DNA from: an uncultured Candidatus Saccharibacteria bacterium
GTDB lineage: Bacteria > Patescibacteriota > Minisyncoccia > UBA6257 > 2-01-FULL-56-20
NCBI GenBank assembly: GCA_964387675.1
Contig: CAYLWL010000002.1
Coordinates: 22,514 to 86,513, forward strand
Length of the DNA: 64,000 bases
Direction: 5' to 3'
Each line of letters begins with the position of its first letter. Within the stretch, counting starts at the first letter, position 1. A program made the translations under genes and the position numbers. The notes beneath the pieces were generated by a model. The model ran no database searches, was not told the origin of the DNA, and was given only the letters and a program-made list of their open reading frames with translations. Below, piece after piece: positions 28,235 to 37,915 of the stretch.

Positions 28235-28664
28235 AGATTAGAGATGAGAAATGAGATATTAGGATATGAGCAATGAAAAATTTATTTTTGAAGATTTAAG
28301 GGTTTATCACGGGGCATTAAAACTTTCAGTGGAGCTTACTAAGCTGGCTACGAAATTTCCACACGACTATTCGAGAATACAAAATCAATTAATTGGAGCA
28401 GCTATTTCTGTTCCCTTGAATCTCGCCGAGGGTTCTGGAAGGGAAAGCGATAAGGATAAAAAGAATTTTTATAGAATTAGTAGATCATCTATTTTTGAAC
28501 TCGTGCCTCTTATTGATATAATTTACGAACTAGGACTCATAGGAAGCGACAAGCGAGATGAAATTCGTCACGAAGTTGCGGAACTTTCGCGAATTGTTTC
28601 CACCTTAATGAAAAACAAAGTTTCTCAAAAGTCCTAATTTCTCATTTCTAATATCTCATCTCTA
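28232..28664. mobile_element. heptamer-arm element carrying a four-helix-bundle gene (GAGA(A/T)AT type)
   Basis: tagagat-tagagat-gagaaat-gagatat-tagga versus tccta-atttctc-atttcta-atatctc-atctcta. Confidence 0.65.
28266..28637 (+). CDS. four-helix-bundle protein (23S rRNA-IVP family), paralog of 12630..13004
   Basis: 83/113 identical residues in an ungapped hand alignment. Confidence 0.9.
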   Translation: MSNEKFIFEDLRVYHGALKLSVELTKLATKFPHDYSRIQNQLIGAAISVPLNLAEGSGRESDKDKKNFYRISRSSIFELVPLIDIIYELGLIGSDKRDEIRHEVAELSRIVSTLMKNKVSQKS

Positions 28665-28667
28665 AAT

Positions 28668-31040
28668 ATGTTTATTTACTTCCTTATGGGTTTTATCGTA
28701 AGCGCCGTTTTGGGCGTGAGTATTTATTTTTTGGCACGGCACATCGTTCGAGGCAAGCTTTTCGCGTCTTTGGGAATGACGCTCTTGCTCATCAAGATTC
28801 CCCGCGAAACCTCCGCCCAAAACGCGCCGGAAAAAGATTTCAAAACGGAGATTAATCGATTCGAGCAGCTTTTGGGCGGGCTCGCTTCTTTGAAGAAGCC
28901 GGTTGTGTTTGAGGCGGCGGTGCCCCACGTCGGCGAGGAAATCCATTTTTATCTCGCGGTGCCCAAAAAAATGATGGAGGTAGCCATAAAACAAGTCCAG
29001 GGTTTGTGGAACGGAGCGAGCGTCGACATCGCCCCTGATGACTTCAATATCTTTAACGCCAATGGCGCGACCTCGGCCGCCTATATTATGCAGAAAGAAA
29101 ACTATGCCTTGCCGATTCGGAGTTACTTGGAACTTGGGCTCGATTCGTTCGCGTCCGTTATCGGCGGCTTTTCGAAGGTTGCCGAAATTGGCGAAGGCGC
29201 GGCGCTGCAAATTGTTCTGCGGCCCGGCCCGAAAGACGCCAAGAAAAAAATCCACGGTTTCATCCAATCCCTCAAAAAGGGCGAGCCGCTCAAAAAAGTG
29301 TTCGGCCACGAATTTCCGGTGAGTTTCTCGGAGATCGGCCAGGCCCTGAATCCCAAGAAAGAGGAAGAGAAGAAAGAGAAGATCGTCGACGAAGAGGCGG
29401 TGAAGGCGCTCGAAATGAAAATAACAAAGCCCTTATTTGAGGTGAACGTGAGGGTGGTATGCTCGGCGGGTTCCAAATTCCAGTCGGATGATATTTTGGA
29501 CGGTATCACCGCGGGTTTCAATCAATTCGGCAGTCCGAGGAGGAATGAGTTCAGGGTGGTAAAACCGAGAAACCCAAACACGGTGGCTCGCCAGTTCATA
29601 TTCCGGAATTTTGAGTCCTCGCAAAGAATGCTACTCTCTGCCGAGGAAATCGCGAGCTTCTATCATTTTCCGACGGCGCTCACCGAAACGCCTCGAATCA
29701 AATGGCTCAAGTCCAAAGAAGCCCCGCCGCCCGCAAACTTGCCCGCGAGCGGCATCCAGATAGGAGAGAGTTTATTCCGCGGCCAGACGAAGCCCGTATA
29801 TATAACACACGAGGATAGGCGGCGGCATGTGTATACCATCGGTCAGACGGGTACGGGAAAATCCACGCTTTTGGGCAATATGATTATCGAAGACATCAAG
29901 CAGGGGAGGGGCGTGGCAATCATCGATCCTCACGGCGATCTGGTGGGCAACGCCTTGGGTTTTATTCCGAAAGACCGGATTGACGACTTGATTTATTTCG
30001 ACCCCGCGGATCTTGAAAGGCCGCTTGGACTCAACATGCTGGATTATAATTTTGATCGTCCCGAAGAGAAGACATTCATCGTGAACGAGATGCAGAGTAT
30101 CTTTAACAAACTGTTCCCACCGGAGACGATGGGCCCGATGTTCGAGCAGTATATGAGGAACGCGCTTTTGCTTTTAATGGAAGACATGCCCAACGAACCG
30201 GCGACGCTCATTGAGGTCCCCAGGGTTTTTACGGACGCAGAGTACCGCGCGCGCAAACTCGAGCGGATTCAGAATCCCGTGGTCATCGATTTTTGGGAAA
30301 AAGAAGCGGTGAAGGCGGGAGGCGAAGCGTCTCTTGCCAATATGACGCCGTATATCACCTCTAAATTCAACAACTTCATTTCGAACGACTATATGCGGCC
30401 GATTATCGGCCAGGCGAAGTCGGCGTTCAATTTCAGAAAGGTGATGGATGAAGGAAAGATTTTACTCATCAATCTTTCCAAGGGAAGGATTGGAGACATC
30501 AACGCCGGACTTCTCGGCATGGTGTTCACCGGAAAGATTTTGATGGCCGCTTTGTCGAGAGTGGACATAGCCGAGGTTGAGAGGCGGCGTGACTTTAATC
30601 TCTACATAGACGAATTCCAAAACTTCACGACGGATTCCATCGCCACGATTCTCTCTGAGGCAAGAAAATACAAATTGAATCTGACGATGGCGCACCAGTT
30701 CATTGCCCAGCTCACGGAAAAAATCCGCGACGCGGTTTTCGGCAACGTCGGTTCGCAGATTGTGTTTCGCGTCGGCGTGCAGGATGCGGAGTTTTTGGTG
30801 AAGCAGTTCGAGCCGGTGTTTAGTCAGAACGATTTATTGAATATCGACAACTTGAACGCCTACGCGAAGATTTTAATCAACGGCGAAACGTCAAAACCCT
30901 TTAACATTAAAATTCTTACCACTTCCTGGGGAGCGGGCGACAAAGACATGGCCCAAAAGCTAAGGGAATACTCAAGGATGAAATACGGCATGGATCGGCA
31001 GGGGATCGAGGCGGAGATTTATAGGAGGTTGCGAGAGTAA
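28668..31040 (+). CDS. VirD4/TraD/HerA-like coupling ATPase
   Basis: DRRRHVY.IGQTGTGKST, IIDPHGDL, LYIDEFQNF, LSEARKY.L.L..AHQ. Confidence 0.85.
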   Translation: MFIYFLMGFIVSAVLGVSIYFLARHIVRGKLFASLGMTLLLIKIPRETSAQNAPEKDFKTEINRFEQLLGGLASLKKPVVFEAAVPHVGEEIHFYLAVPKKMMEVAIKQVQGLWNGASVDIAPDDFNIFNANGATSAAYIMQKENYALPIRSYLELGLDSFASVIGGFSKVAEIGEGAALQIVLRPGPKDAKKKIHGFIQSLKKGEPLKKVFGHEFPVSFSEIGQALNPKKEEEKKEKIVDEEAVKALEMKITKPLFEVNVRVVCSAGSKFQSDDILDGITAGFNQFGSPRRNEFRVVKPRNPNTVARQFIFRNFESSQRMLLSAEEIASFYHFPTALTETPRIKWLKSKEAPPPANLPASGIQIGESLFRGQTKPVYITHEDRRRHVYTIGQTGTGKSTLLGNMIIEDIKQGRGVAIIDPHGDLVGNALGFIPKDRIDDLIYFDPADLERPLGLNMLDYNFDRPEEKTFIVNEMQSIFNKLFPPETMGPMFEQYMRNALLLLMEDMPNEPATLIEVPRVFTDAEYRARKLERIQNPVVIDFWEKEAVKAGGEASLANMTPYITSKFNNFISNDYMRPIIGQAKSAFNFRKVMDEGKILLINLSKGRIGDINAGLLGMVFTGKILMAALSRVDIAEVERRRDFNLYIDEFQNFTTDSIATILSEARKYKLNLTMAHQFIAQLTEKIRDAVFGNVGSQIVFRVGVQDAEFLVKQFEPVFSQNDLLNIDNLNAYAKILINGETSKPFNIKILTTSWGAGDKDMAQKLREYSRMKYGMDRQGIEAEIYRRLRE

Positions 31041-31048
31041 AATGGATA

Positions 31049-31072
31049 AGGGACGCTTGAGTGAGCGTCCCT
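31049..31072. terminator. hairpin between convergent genes
   Basis: AGGGACGCT-TGAGTG-AGCGTCCCT. Confidence 0.55.
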
Positions 31073-31077
31073 TGTTG

Positions 31078-32013
31078 TTATCTGATGAGAGCAAGTAGCC
31101 GGTTTTTGGTAGCTTCCACTGCTTCCATATCTTCCTTGTGGTGGTAGAAATAGGGGAGGAGTTTCGCGGCAAAGAGCGCATGGAGCGCTTTTTCGATTTC
31201 GTCTGTTTCCGCGAGCGTGAAGTTTCCAAGACCGTGGGTTTCGAGAAACGGAGTTCGCACTTTTTCTCGGCCGCCTTTTTTCCAATACGTGAGGACGGCG
31301 TAGTCCTGAATCCAGATATGCGATTGCGCGTTGTCCCAATCCACGAGCACCAATTCGCCGTCCGGCCTCAAGACGCAATTTTCCGGCCCGGCGTCCCAAT
31401 GCACAAGCACCGGCTCGAACTTCTGAACATGCGGTTGGAGCGTGCCTTGGACGAGCTCATAAACGCTCATCCGCGCGCCGGAATCCAACAGTTTCAATTG
31501 CTCCATTGCATCAAGACAGTTTTCTATGTCTCGTAGCATATACGTTACGAAATCGGAGGAAACTTTTTTGTGTTCGCCCATGTCTCCGTATACGGGGAAC
31601 TTGATCCGGTGAACTTTCTTAAGCAGTCTTCCTAACCTCCCATAAAATTCAGCGGAGCTGATTTTTGTTCCGATGGCCTCGGAGCATGTCGTGCCCTCGA
31701 CGAATTCCGTAATCATAAAGCCGTACGGAAAATGCCGGTTGTCTCTCGTGTGGTGGAGAATTCGTGCATGGGCTATTTCGTGCTCATCAAGCATCCTCTC
31801 GACCAACGCCAGTTTTCCGTTCGGCGGCCAAAACTCTTCTCCGAAGACCCGCACCGCAACTACGGAGCCATCTTGAAGGCAAACTCGGTAAACGTGATTT
31901 ACGGAGCCGTTCATGATTTTTGCGGCATTCAAAACCGATATTTTCAGCGCTTCTTCCGCGGCTTGAATGACGGCGCCGTCGAGCTGTTTTGAGTACTTAA
32001 GCGGTTTTGACAC
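31078..32013 (-). CDS. aminoglycoside phosphotransferase/choline kinase family protein
   Basis: G.VNHVY, LVHWDAGPEN, LVDWD. Confidence 0.8.
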   Translation of the reverse strand: MSKPLKYSKQLDGAVIQAAEEALKISVLNAAKIMNGSVNHVYRVCLQDGSVVAVRVFGEEFWPPNGKLALVERMLDEHEIAHARILHHTRDNRHFPYGFMITEFVEGTTCSEAIGTKISSAEFYGRLGRLLKKVHRIKFPVYGDMGEHKKVSSDFVTYMLRDIENCLDAMEQLKLLDSGARMSVYELVQGTLQPHVQKFEPVLVHWDAGPENCVLRPDGELVLVDWDNAQSHIWIQDYAVLTYWKKGGREKVRTPFLETHGLGNFTLAETDEIEKALHALFAAKLLPYFYHHKEDMEAVEATKNRLLALIR

Positions 32014-32218
32014 GCTACCTCCTCTGTCTGTTGTCTGTGATTCTTCAATGCACTAAGGGATATTTTGCAATAGAGCTAACTATCTGTCAAGTTTTCCCCA
32101 ACCGGTCGTTCTGCGCAAAAATCCAGAGCTCTAACCCAAGAATGTTGACATCATAAATGACTATTCACTTATAGTGTCAACATTTGCTTTTGGGTGAAGA
32201 TCTAAAAACCCGAGGAAG

Positions 32219-33508
32219 CTAGCCCAATCTATCGTTTTGAATAAATATCCATAATCCTCGGAGCCAAATTCTTATGGCCCTCCAAAACGGCATAATCGAA
32301 AGGAGATAATTTAATTCAACAAGTCCCTTGATGACCCAGCCGTCGAAGCCGGGGATGATCCACGACCCGATTTTCGCGATCGCGTATTTTCCGCCGACTG
32401 GCACAATGTAGGGATATTCGCGCGGCGCGTAGTTCGTGATTCTTGCTTCATACTTCCTGCTTCCTGCTTCTTGTTTCTTAATCTCCTCGATTACATTGTG
32501 TGCCACCACGTCTGCCTGCACAATCGCGGCTCGGGCAACTGCTGGAGTTGGCTTGCCAGTCGCGGAATCGTAAAAGCAGACACCGTCTCCCAATCCGTAA
32601 ACCATCGAGCGCAATTTAAGATCCGGCGTTTGCGGGAGGCATTCCATTCCTCCGCCAACGACCGGTTTGCCGTGCGCTTCGGTGTGCAGGGGCAGTTTCG
32701 TAAGTACCCGAGGCGATTGTATGCCTCCTGCCCAGACAAGCACGTCAAAAGCGATTTTCTTGCCGCTTTCTAATGCCACTTCGTTTTTGCCTGCCGATAC
32801 GATCTTTTCACCGGGCATAATTTCCACACCGAGCTTCCGTAATCTTTTTTCCGCGAGTGAAATTACTTTGGGGTGCAATCCTCCGAGAATCGAGGGTTGG
32901 GCCTCTACAATTAAAATATTAAGTTGGCATTCGGTTTTGAGCTGACCCTCTAATTCTCTGCGCCAGGATTTTAACTCGCCGGCCAGCTCCACACCAGTCG
33001 GGCCGCCGCCGCCAATCACAATTTTTACCGGCCCCCCTTTGCTTTCCGCCAGATTGCGGATGGCGTCTCTCATCATGATCGCATCCCGAAATGTTTTGAG
33101 CGGCAAAGAATTCTCTTCAAGTCCCGGTATGCCGAAATAATTGGTTTCCGAGCCAAGCGCTATCACGAGAAAGTCGGCGCATAACTCCTGACCATTATTC
33201 AGGTGGATGTCTCCCTCAAGCGGATCCATCGAAAGAACTTCGGCTTGGACAAAACGAACCCCTGTATTTTTTATGAGAGATTCGATGCGGTATGTCGCAA
33301 CTTCGTGGAGGCGGCACAAATTGGCCGTTTCCTGGGACGTGGTCGCGACTTCGTAGAGGAGGGGGGTGTAGGTTTGGTGCTCATTTTTATCCACCAAGAT
33401 CACCTCGTACTTGTTGAGGAGTTTCAGGGATTTCAACTTTTTCGATATCAGAGACGCCGCTCTTAATCCGCCAAAGCCGGCGCCCAAGACGACAACTTTT
33501 TTTGTCAT
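32219..33508 (-). CDS. type II NADH dehydrogenase family FAD oxidoreductase
   Basis: VVVLGAGFGG, PLLYEVAT, GGGPTGVELAGEL. Confidence 0.88.
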   Translation of the reverse strand: MTKKVVVLGAGFGGLRAASLISKKLKSLKLLNKYEVILVDKNEHQTYTPLLYEVATTSQETANLCRLHEVATYRIESLIKNTGVRFVQAEVLSMDPLEGDIHLNNGQELCADFLVIALGSETNYFGIPGLEENSLPLKTFRDAIMMRDAIRNLAESKGGPVKIVIGGGGPTGVELAGELKSWRRELEGQLKTECQLNILIVEAQPSILGGLHPKVISLAEKRLRKLGVEIMPGEKIVSAGKNEVALESGKKIAFDVLVWAGGIQSPRVLTKLPLHTEAHGKPVVGGGMECLPQTPDLKLRSMVYGLGDGVCFYDSATGKPTPAVARAAIVQADVVAHNVIEEIKKQEAGSRKYEARITNYAPREYPYIVPVGGKYAIAKIGSWIIPGFDGWVIKGLVELNYLLSIMPFWRAIRIWLRGLWIFIQNDRLG

Positions 33509-33552
33509 ATTTCTTCATTATACAGGAGTATTCGGTTATAATTAAAACTGCT

Positions 33553-34689
33553 ATGATCCGCTATTTGAGCAAAACCAGCCCGAGGGCGCTCAAGGGGGTT
33601 GCCCTTCTGCGCCTTGATTTCAACACCGAAGACAATTGGCGGATGAGGGCGGCAACGCCGACGATAAAGTTTCTGCTTCGTTACGCCTCAAAAATTCTCA
33701 TTGTAAGCCACAAAGGCCGCCCGCTTCACACCCTAATTCGCGCGAATGGTAGAATAGTTGGCGCAGAGAAAAAGCTTGGTTTGTTAGAAGATGCGAAAAC
33801 GCTTGAGCGGCTGCTGCGCAAGAAAGTCAATTTTATTCCGCGTTTTAATTTCAAGAGAATTGACGACGTTATTTCTCGGGCCAGAGAGAAATCTATTTTT
33901 GTTTTGGAAAATATCAGATTTTTGAAAAGTGAGTCCACGAAGAAACCGGAGCTTGCAAAACAACTCGCCCAACTTGTCGACTATTACGTGAACGACGCCT
34001 TCGCCGTATCTCACAGAAGCAGCGATTCCGTAGCCAAAATAGAAAAGTTTTTGCCAAGCTATGCTGGATTGGAACTGGAGGCAGAGCTGAAGTCCCTGAC
34101 GCATATTCTCGCAAAACCAAAACAGCCGCTGGTCTTGATTCTTGGGGGAAGCAAGGCGTCGGACAAGCTCGGCATCATTAAAAATCTGAAGGGAAAAGTT
34201 GATTTGTTCATTTTGGGGGGAGCGCCGGCAAACACCATTTTTTTTCTGAAAGGTATGGATGTGAAAAAATCGCTGAGAGACAGGGATAGAAAAGACCTGA
34301 AAAACTTGAAGGCAATTTTGAATTACCCCAATCTGTGCCTGCCCGCGGATTTTAAGTGGAAAGACGGCGCGATTCTCGACATAGGCGAAAAGACCATCAA
34401 GGTTTTTGAGGAAAAAATAAAAAATGCGAGAACCATATTTTGGAACGGGCCGATGGGCCTTATGGAAAAAAAGCCATATGACAAAGGGACGCTGGCGTTG
34501 GCACGGGCGATCGTAAAAAATCGCAAAGCATTTACCATTGCGGGCGGAGGCGAAACCGTAATGTTCCTCAAAAAACACAAACTTGATACAAAGTTCAGCT
34601 TCATTTCAACCGGCGGCGGAGCGATGCTCGATTTTCTCGCCGGAAAAAAATTGCCCGGGATCGAAGCTCTTAAATATGGCAAAAGATAA
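33553..34689 (+). CDS. pgk: phosphoglycerate kinase
   Basis: RLDFN, SHKGRP, LENIRF, NDAFAVSHR, WNGPMG, STGGGA. Confidence 0.93.
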   Translation: MIRYLSKTSPRALKGVALLRLDFNTEDNWRMRAATPTIKFLLRYASKILIVSHKGRPLHTLIRANGRIVGAEKKLGLLEDAKTLERLLRKKVNFIPRFNFKRIDDVISRAREKSIFVLENIRFLKSESTKKPELAKQLAQLVDYYVNDAFAVSHRSSDSVAKIEKFLPSYAGLELEAELKSLTHILAKPKQPLVLILGGSKASDKLGIIKNLKGKVDLFILGGAPANTIFFLKGMDVKKSLRDRDRKDLKNLKAILNYPNLCLPADFKWKDGAILDIGEKTIKVFEEKIKNARTIFWNGPMGLMEKKPYDKGTLALARAIVKNRKAFTIAGGGETVMFLKKHKLDTKFSFISTGGGAMLDFLAGKKLPGIEALKYGKR

Positions 34690-35527
34690 GAAGATCGTCA
34701 TTATCTATCACGGGGGCTGTAGAGATGGATTTGGTGGCGCTTGGGCTGCATGGAAAAAGTTTGGAAATAAAGCGGTGTATCTTCCCGCGCACGATCGATT
34801 TGTGTTGCCCCGAGAGATCAAGAATAAAGAGGTCTATCTCATTGATTACACCTACGAGCCGGATTTGGTGAAAAAGTTGTTACGGGATAATAAGCGTGTT
34901 ACGGCTATAGATCATCACATTACGGCGCAAAAGGCGGCGAGGTTAACGAAAGAGTATTCTTTCTCTTTGCGCAATTCTGGCGCCGTGCTTGCGTGGAATT
35001 ATTTCCATCCTGGCAGAAAAACCCCGATGCTTTTACGATATATCGAAGACGGGGATTTGTGGAAGTGGAAAATCCCACGCTCAAGAGAGATTTTAACTTC
35101 CACCATTGACTTAACCGACTTCGATTTTATGGAGTGGAGTCGTCTTGCGAGAGAATTGGAAACACCCGCGAAAAGTAAAAAATACGCCGAATATGGAAAG
35201 TTGATTTTGAGATACGAACGCTCGATTATCGAAGAGTTGCTACCGGGCGCCGAACTTGTGAAATTTGCGAATCACAAGGTGTTCGCGGTGAATGCTCCTC
35301 ATCGGTTTGCTTCTGATCTGGGACATATTCTAGCCAGAAAATCACACTCGTTGGCGATCGTTTGGAGAAAAGAAAGCGGAAAAATCAAAGTATCTTTGCG
35401 TTCGAATGGCAGTATTAATGTCGGCGCTATTGCCAAAAAATATGGCGGAGGCGGCGGACATAAGGCCGCGGCGGGGTTCGAGTGGTCATCAAACGTTTCG
35501 CTTCCTTGGAAGCCGATAAAAAAATGA
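34676..35527 (+). CDS. DHH/DHHA1 phosphoesterase
   Basis: YH..C.DG, IDHH, SGA, SLRS, GGGGHKAAAGF. Confidence 0.88.
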   Translation: MAKDKKIVIIYHGGCRDGFGGAWAAWKKFGNKAVYLPAHDRFVLPREIKNKEVYLIDYTYEPDLVKKLLRDNKRVTAIDHHITAQKAARLTKEYSFSLRNSGAVLAWNYFHPGRKTPMLLRYIEDGDLWKWKIPRSREILTSTIDLTDFDFMEWSRLARELETPAKSKKYAEYGKLILRYERSIIEELLPGAELVKFANHKVFAVNAPHRFASDLGHILARKSHSLAIVWRKESGKIKVSLRSNGSINVGAIAKKYGGGGGHKAAAGFEWSSNVSLPWKPIKK

Positions 35528-35952
35528 CAAAGAAAAACTTGTTTGCGGCCGGGAAAGTAGTCGTTTATACCGACGGCGGCGCAAGGGGAAACCCCGGGCC
35601 GGCGGCGATCGGCGTGGTGATAAATGGACGCGAGTATGGTGAGTATCTTGGAGAGCGCACCAACAATCAGGCGGAGTACGAGGCGCTGATTTTCGCGTTG
35701 AAAAAAGTAAAACAGCTTGTCGGAAAAGCGAAATCAAAGGAAGCGGAGATAGAGGCGCGGATGGACTCCGAACTCGTGGCGAAACAGCTCAACGGGAAAT
35801 ATAAAATTCTGGAGCCGGAACTTCAGCCGCTTTTCGTAAAAGTTTGGAATCTAAAACTCGATTTCAAGAAAGTTTCGTTTGTTCACGTGCCGCGCGAAGA
35901 AAACAAGAAAGCGGACAGGATGGTGAATAAGGTTTTGGACGAGCACGCTTGA
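35524..35952 (+). CDS. rnhA: ribonuclease HI family protein
   Basis: TDGGARGNPGPA, TNNQAEY, DSELV, HVPREEN..AD. Confidence 0.9.
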   Translation: MTKKNLFAAGKVVVYTDGGARGNPGPAAIGVVINGREYGEYLGERTNNQAEYEALIFALKKVKQLVGKAKSKEAEIEARMDSELVAKQLNGKYKILEPELQPLFVKVWNLKLDFKKVSFVHVPREENKKADRMVNKVLDEHA

Positions 35953-35999
35953 AAATTAAGCCGCCACGTTATGAGACGTGGCGGGCGACGTGGCCGACT

Positions 36000-36602
36000 C
36001 TACGCGGCTTGGCGGAACCGCGCTTTCCTCGATTGTGTCGAGAGGACTGCGATACTGCCGTGCGCGATGATGAGCACGATGGGTGTGACGAGCGCGATGA
36101 GCTTGTCGTCTCGCAGAACGACGTTCGTCGTCGTAACGAGGAGTGCTAGTGTCCAGAGCGCCCACGACCGAGGCGTCTCCTTGAATGGGTCTCGCCATAC
36201 TCCCTCGAAAGTTGGAATGAACGAGATGAGAAAGGCGACGAGAACGATCATGTTGGCTCCGGTTGCGCTCCGGAATTTCCACCACACCAGCGTTGCGAGT
36301 AGGCCAAGGGCGAACAGTCCCCACTCCTTCGGCTTCAACTTCGAGAACTTCCCGATGGTGAGCACGTAGAGGAATGTGAGAATGCACGCAACCGAGCCGG
36401 TGAAGAACTGGAGCGCCACCACCATGTCGCCGCTCATCTCACGATATGAGAGAGCATTGAGAGTGGCGAGAAACGCCCAGACACTCCAACTCGCAGCGTT
36501 GGGGCTGGATTTCCCCATTTTGGTCTGCACGTTGTACAGAACGTAAGCGACGCCGTGCAAGAGCGCCGCCGTTAGACCGAGAGCAATGGTTAGCTCTTGC
36601 AT
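36000..36602 (-). CDS. hypothetical multi-pass membrane protein (PQ-loop-like)
   Basis: GGAGG RBS; about 7 hydrophobic segments; internal P...SW..W repeat. Confidence 0.7.
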   Translation of the reverse strand: MQELTIALGLTAALLHGVAYVLYNVQTKMGKSSPNAASWSVWAFLATLNALSYREMSGDMVVALQFFTGSVACILTFLYVLTIGKFSKLKPKEWGLFALGLLATLVWWKFRSATGANMIVLVAFLISFIPTFEGVWRDPFKETPRSWALWTLALLVTTTNVVLRDDKLIALVTPIVLIIAHGSIAVLSTQSRKARFRQAA

Positions 36603-36655
36603 GACGCACCTCCGTATTGTTGATACTATTGAAAGTATAACAAAATTCCAAACAC

Positions 36656-36684
36656 TTGTCAAGCTCAAAACAATAGTTTATAAT
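36656..36684 (+). promoter_or_regulatory. sigma70 promoter of rnpB
   Basis: TTGTCA-N17-TATAAT ending 7 nt before the RNA's P1 strand. Confidence 0.75.
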
Positions 36685-36691
36685 ACAAACA

Positions 36692-37304
36692 GTTGGTAAT
36701 TCAGGCGATCGCTCTTGCGTGCGTAGCACGCAGAAAATGAGGTATGAGATATGAGAAATTAGGAACGACCTAATATCTCAAGGGAGAAGCCCGTTCTCAT
36801 TTCTTGTTTCTTGCGCGCTGCGCGCGCAGGGGAGGAAAGTCCGGACACCGGCGTGCGTGGCACGCAGCACGGGGCAAAGGGCAAATCGCAAAGGGCAGTC
36901 GGTTTAACCGAACTCTTTGCTCTTGGCTCTAAGCTATTTGCTGCGCGCTGCGCGCGCAAGCGTAGCGGCTAACAGCCGTCGTCCGCAAGGATAGAGGTGC
37001 GAGCAGAGACGCCGCGTGGCGAAAGCTTTACGCGGGGACCCAATCCTAAGCTCGTTGGTCTAGTCCTGCCATAGGGATAAAAAAGCAGGAGTGAAACGGC
37101 TAAATCCTTACAGGGTGTAAGGCCGTACTCCGATGTTACGCATCGGTTTGTGCCGCATTGAGCCAAAGAGTAATCGATGGCCCAGATAAATGATCGTCAG
37201 AGTGTTCCCGAATCCCGAATTACTTACGAATATACGAATTCGTATATTCGTGTAGATTCGTAATTAGCGAATACTCCACAGAATCCGGCTTACGAATTGC
37301 CAAC
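36692..37304 (+). ncRNA. rnpB: RNase P RNA with large hairpin insertions
   Basis: P1 GTTGGTAATTC/GAATTGCCAAC; GAGGAAAGTCCGG (36832); AGATAAATGATCGTC; ACAGAATCCGGCTTA (37278). Confidence 0.92.
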
Positions 37305-37310
37305 GAATGA

Positions 37311-37343
37311 AAAATCCCTCCGACTGCGGTCGGAGGGATTTTC
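37311..37343. terminator. bidirectional terminator
   Basis: AAAATCCCTCCGAC-TGCG-GTCGGAGGGATTTT. Confidence 0.75.
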
Positions 37344-37826
37344 TTAGTCAACATGATTGTCATCTCCAGATTCCACTTTCTTGCCGGGCCGGATTATTTC
37401 ATATAACCCGACTTTCCTTAAGAAATAGAGCAATCCTGTTATGATTAACGCCGTAGTGAAGGCAAATTTGATAAGACCAAGACCAACGAGCGTACCTATG
37501 GCCGCTGTGGCCCACACAACCGCAGCCGTTGTAAGGCCGCGTACGTGTTCGCCGGACTTAAGGATAATGCCGCCGCCGAGAAATCCAACACCGACCACGA
37601 TGTTGGAAACAACCCTGTCCGAGATAGTATTCAGGTTTTCGGGGTCTAAATTGAACACCTCCGGCATAACCAGAGAGATCATTGCGAACAAGCCGGCGCC
37701 GCCGGAAACAAGCATGGACGTTCTTATGCCGGCATCTTTGCCCAAAAGCTCTCTTTCAAGGCCTATTAACGCGCCCAAAGCAAGAGAGACCACCAGCCGC
37801 AAAACCATTTGTTCGAATGAAAGCAT
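37344..37826 (-). CDS. MgtC/SapB family protein
   Basis: GLERE, AGIRT, GVGFLGGGII, GLTTAA. Confidence 0.9.
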   Translation of the reverse strand: MLSFEQMVLRLVVSLALGALIGLERELLGKDAGIRTSMLVSGGAGLFAMISLVMPEVFNLDPENLNTISDRVVSNIVVGVGFLGGGIILKSGEHVRGLTTAAVVWATAAIGTLVGLGLIKFAFTTALIITGLLYFLRKVGLYEIIRPGKKVESGDDNHVD

Positions 37827-37915
37827 TGGTTTATAATGTTGATTATAGCATAATCAACAATTTCCAATTTTACAACTCGAAATTTTCAATGATTTATTGA
37901 GAGTTTCAACAAAAT

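Noticed and set aside
3784-28637. Diversity-generating retroelement, suggested by Avd-like proteins near pilins
   Set aside because: No reverse transcriptase and no template/variable repeat pair with adenine-specific mismatches seen in the window.
28668-31040. Conjugative element
   Set aside because: The coupling-type ATPase stands alone, with no relaxase, VirB genes or integrase in the window.
32134-32194. Hairpin AATGTTGACA...TGTCAACATT as an ncRNA
   Set aside because: A single AT-rich stem directly after the oxidoreductase stop; a terminator or operator is sufficient explanation.
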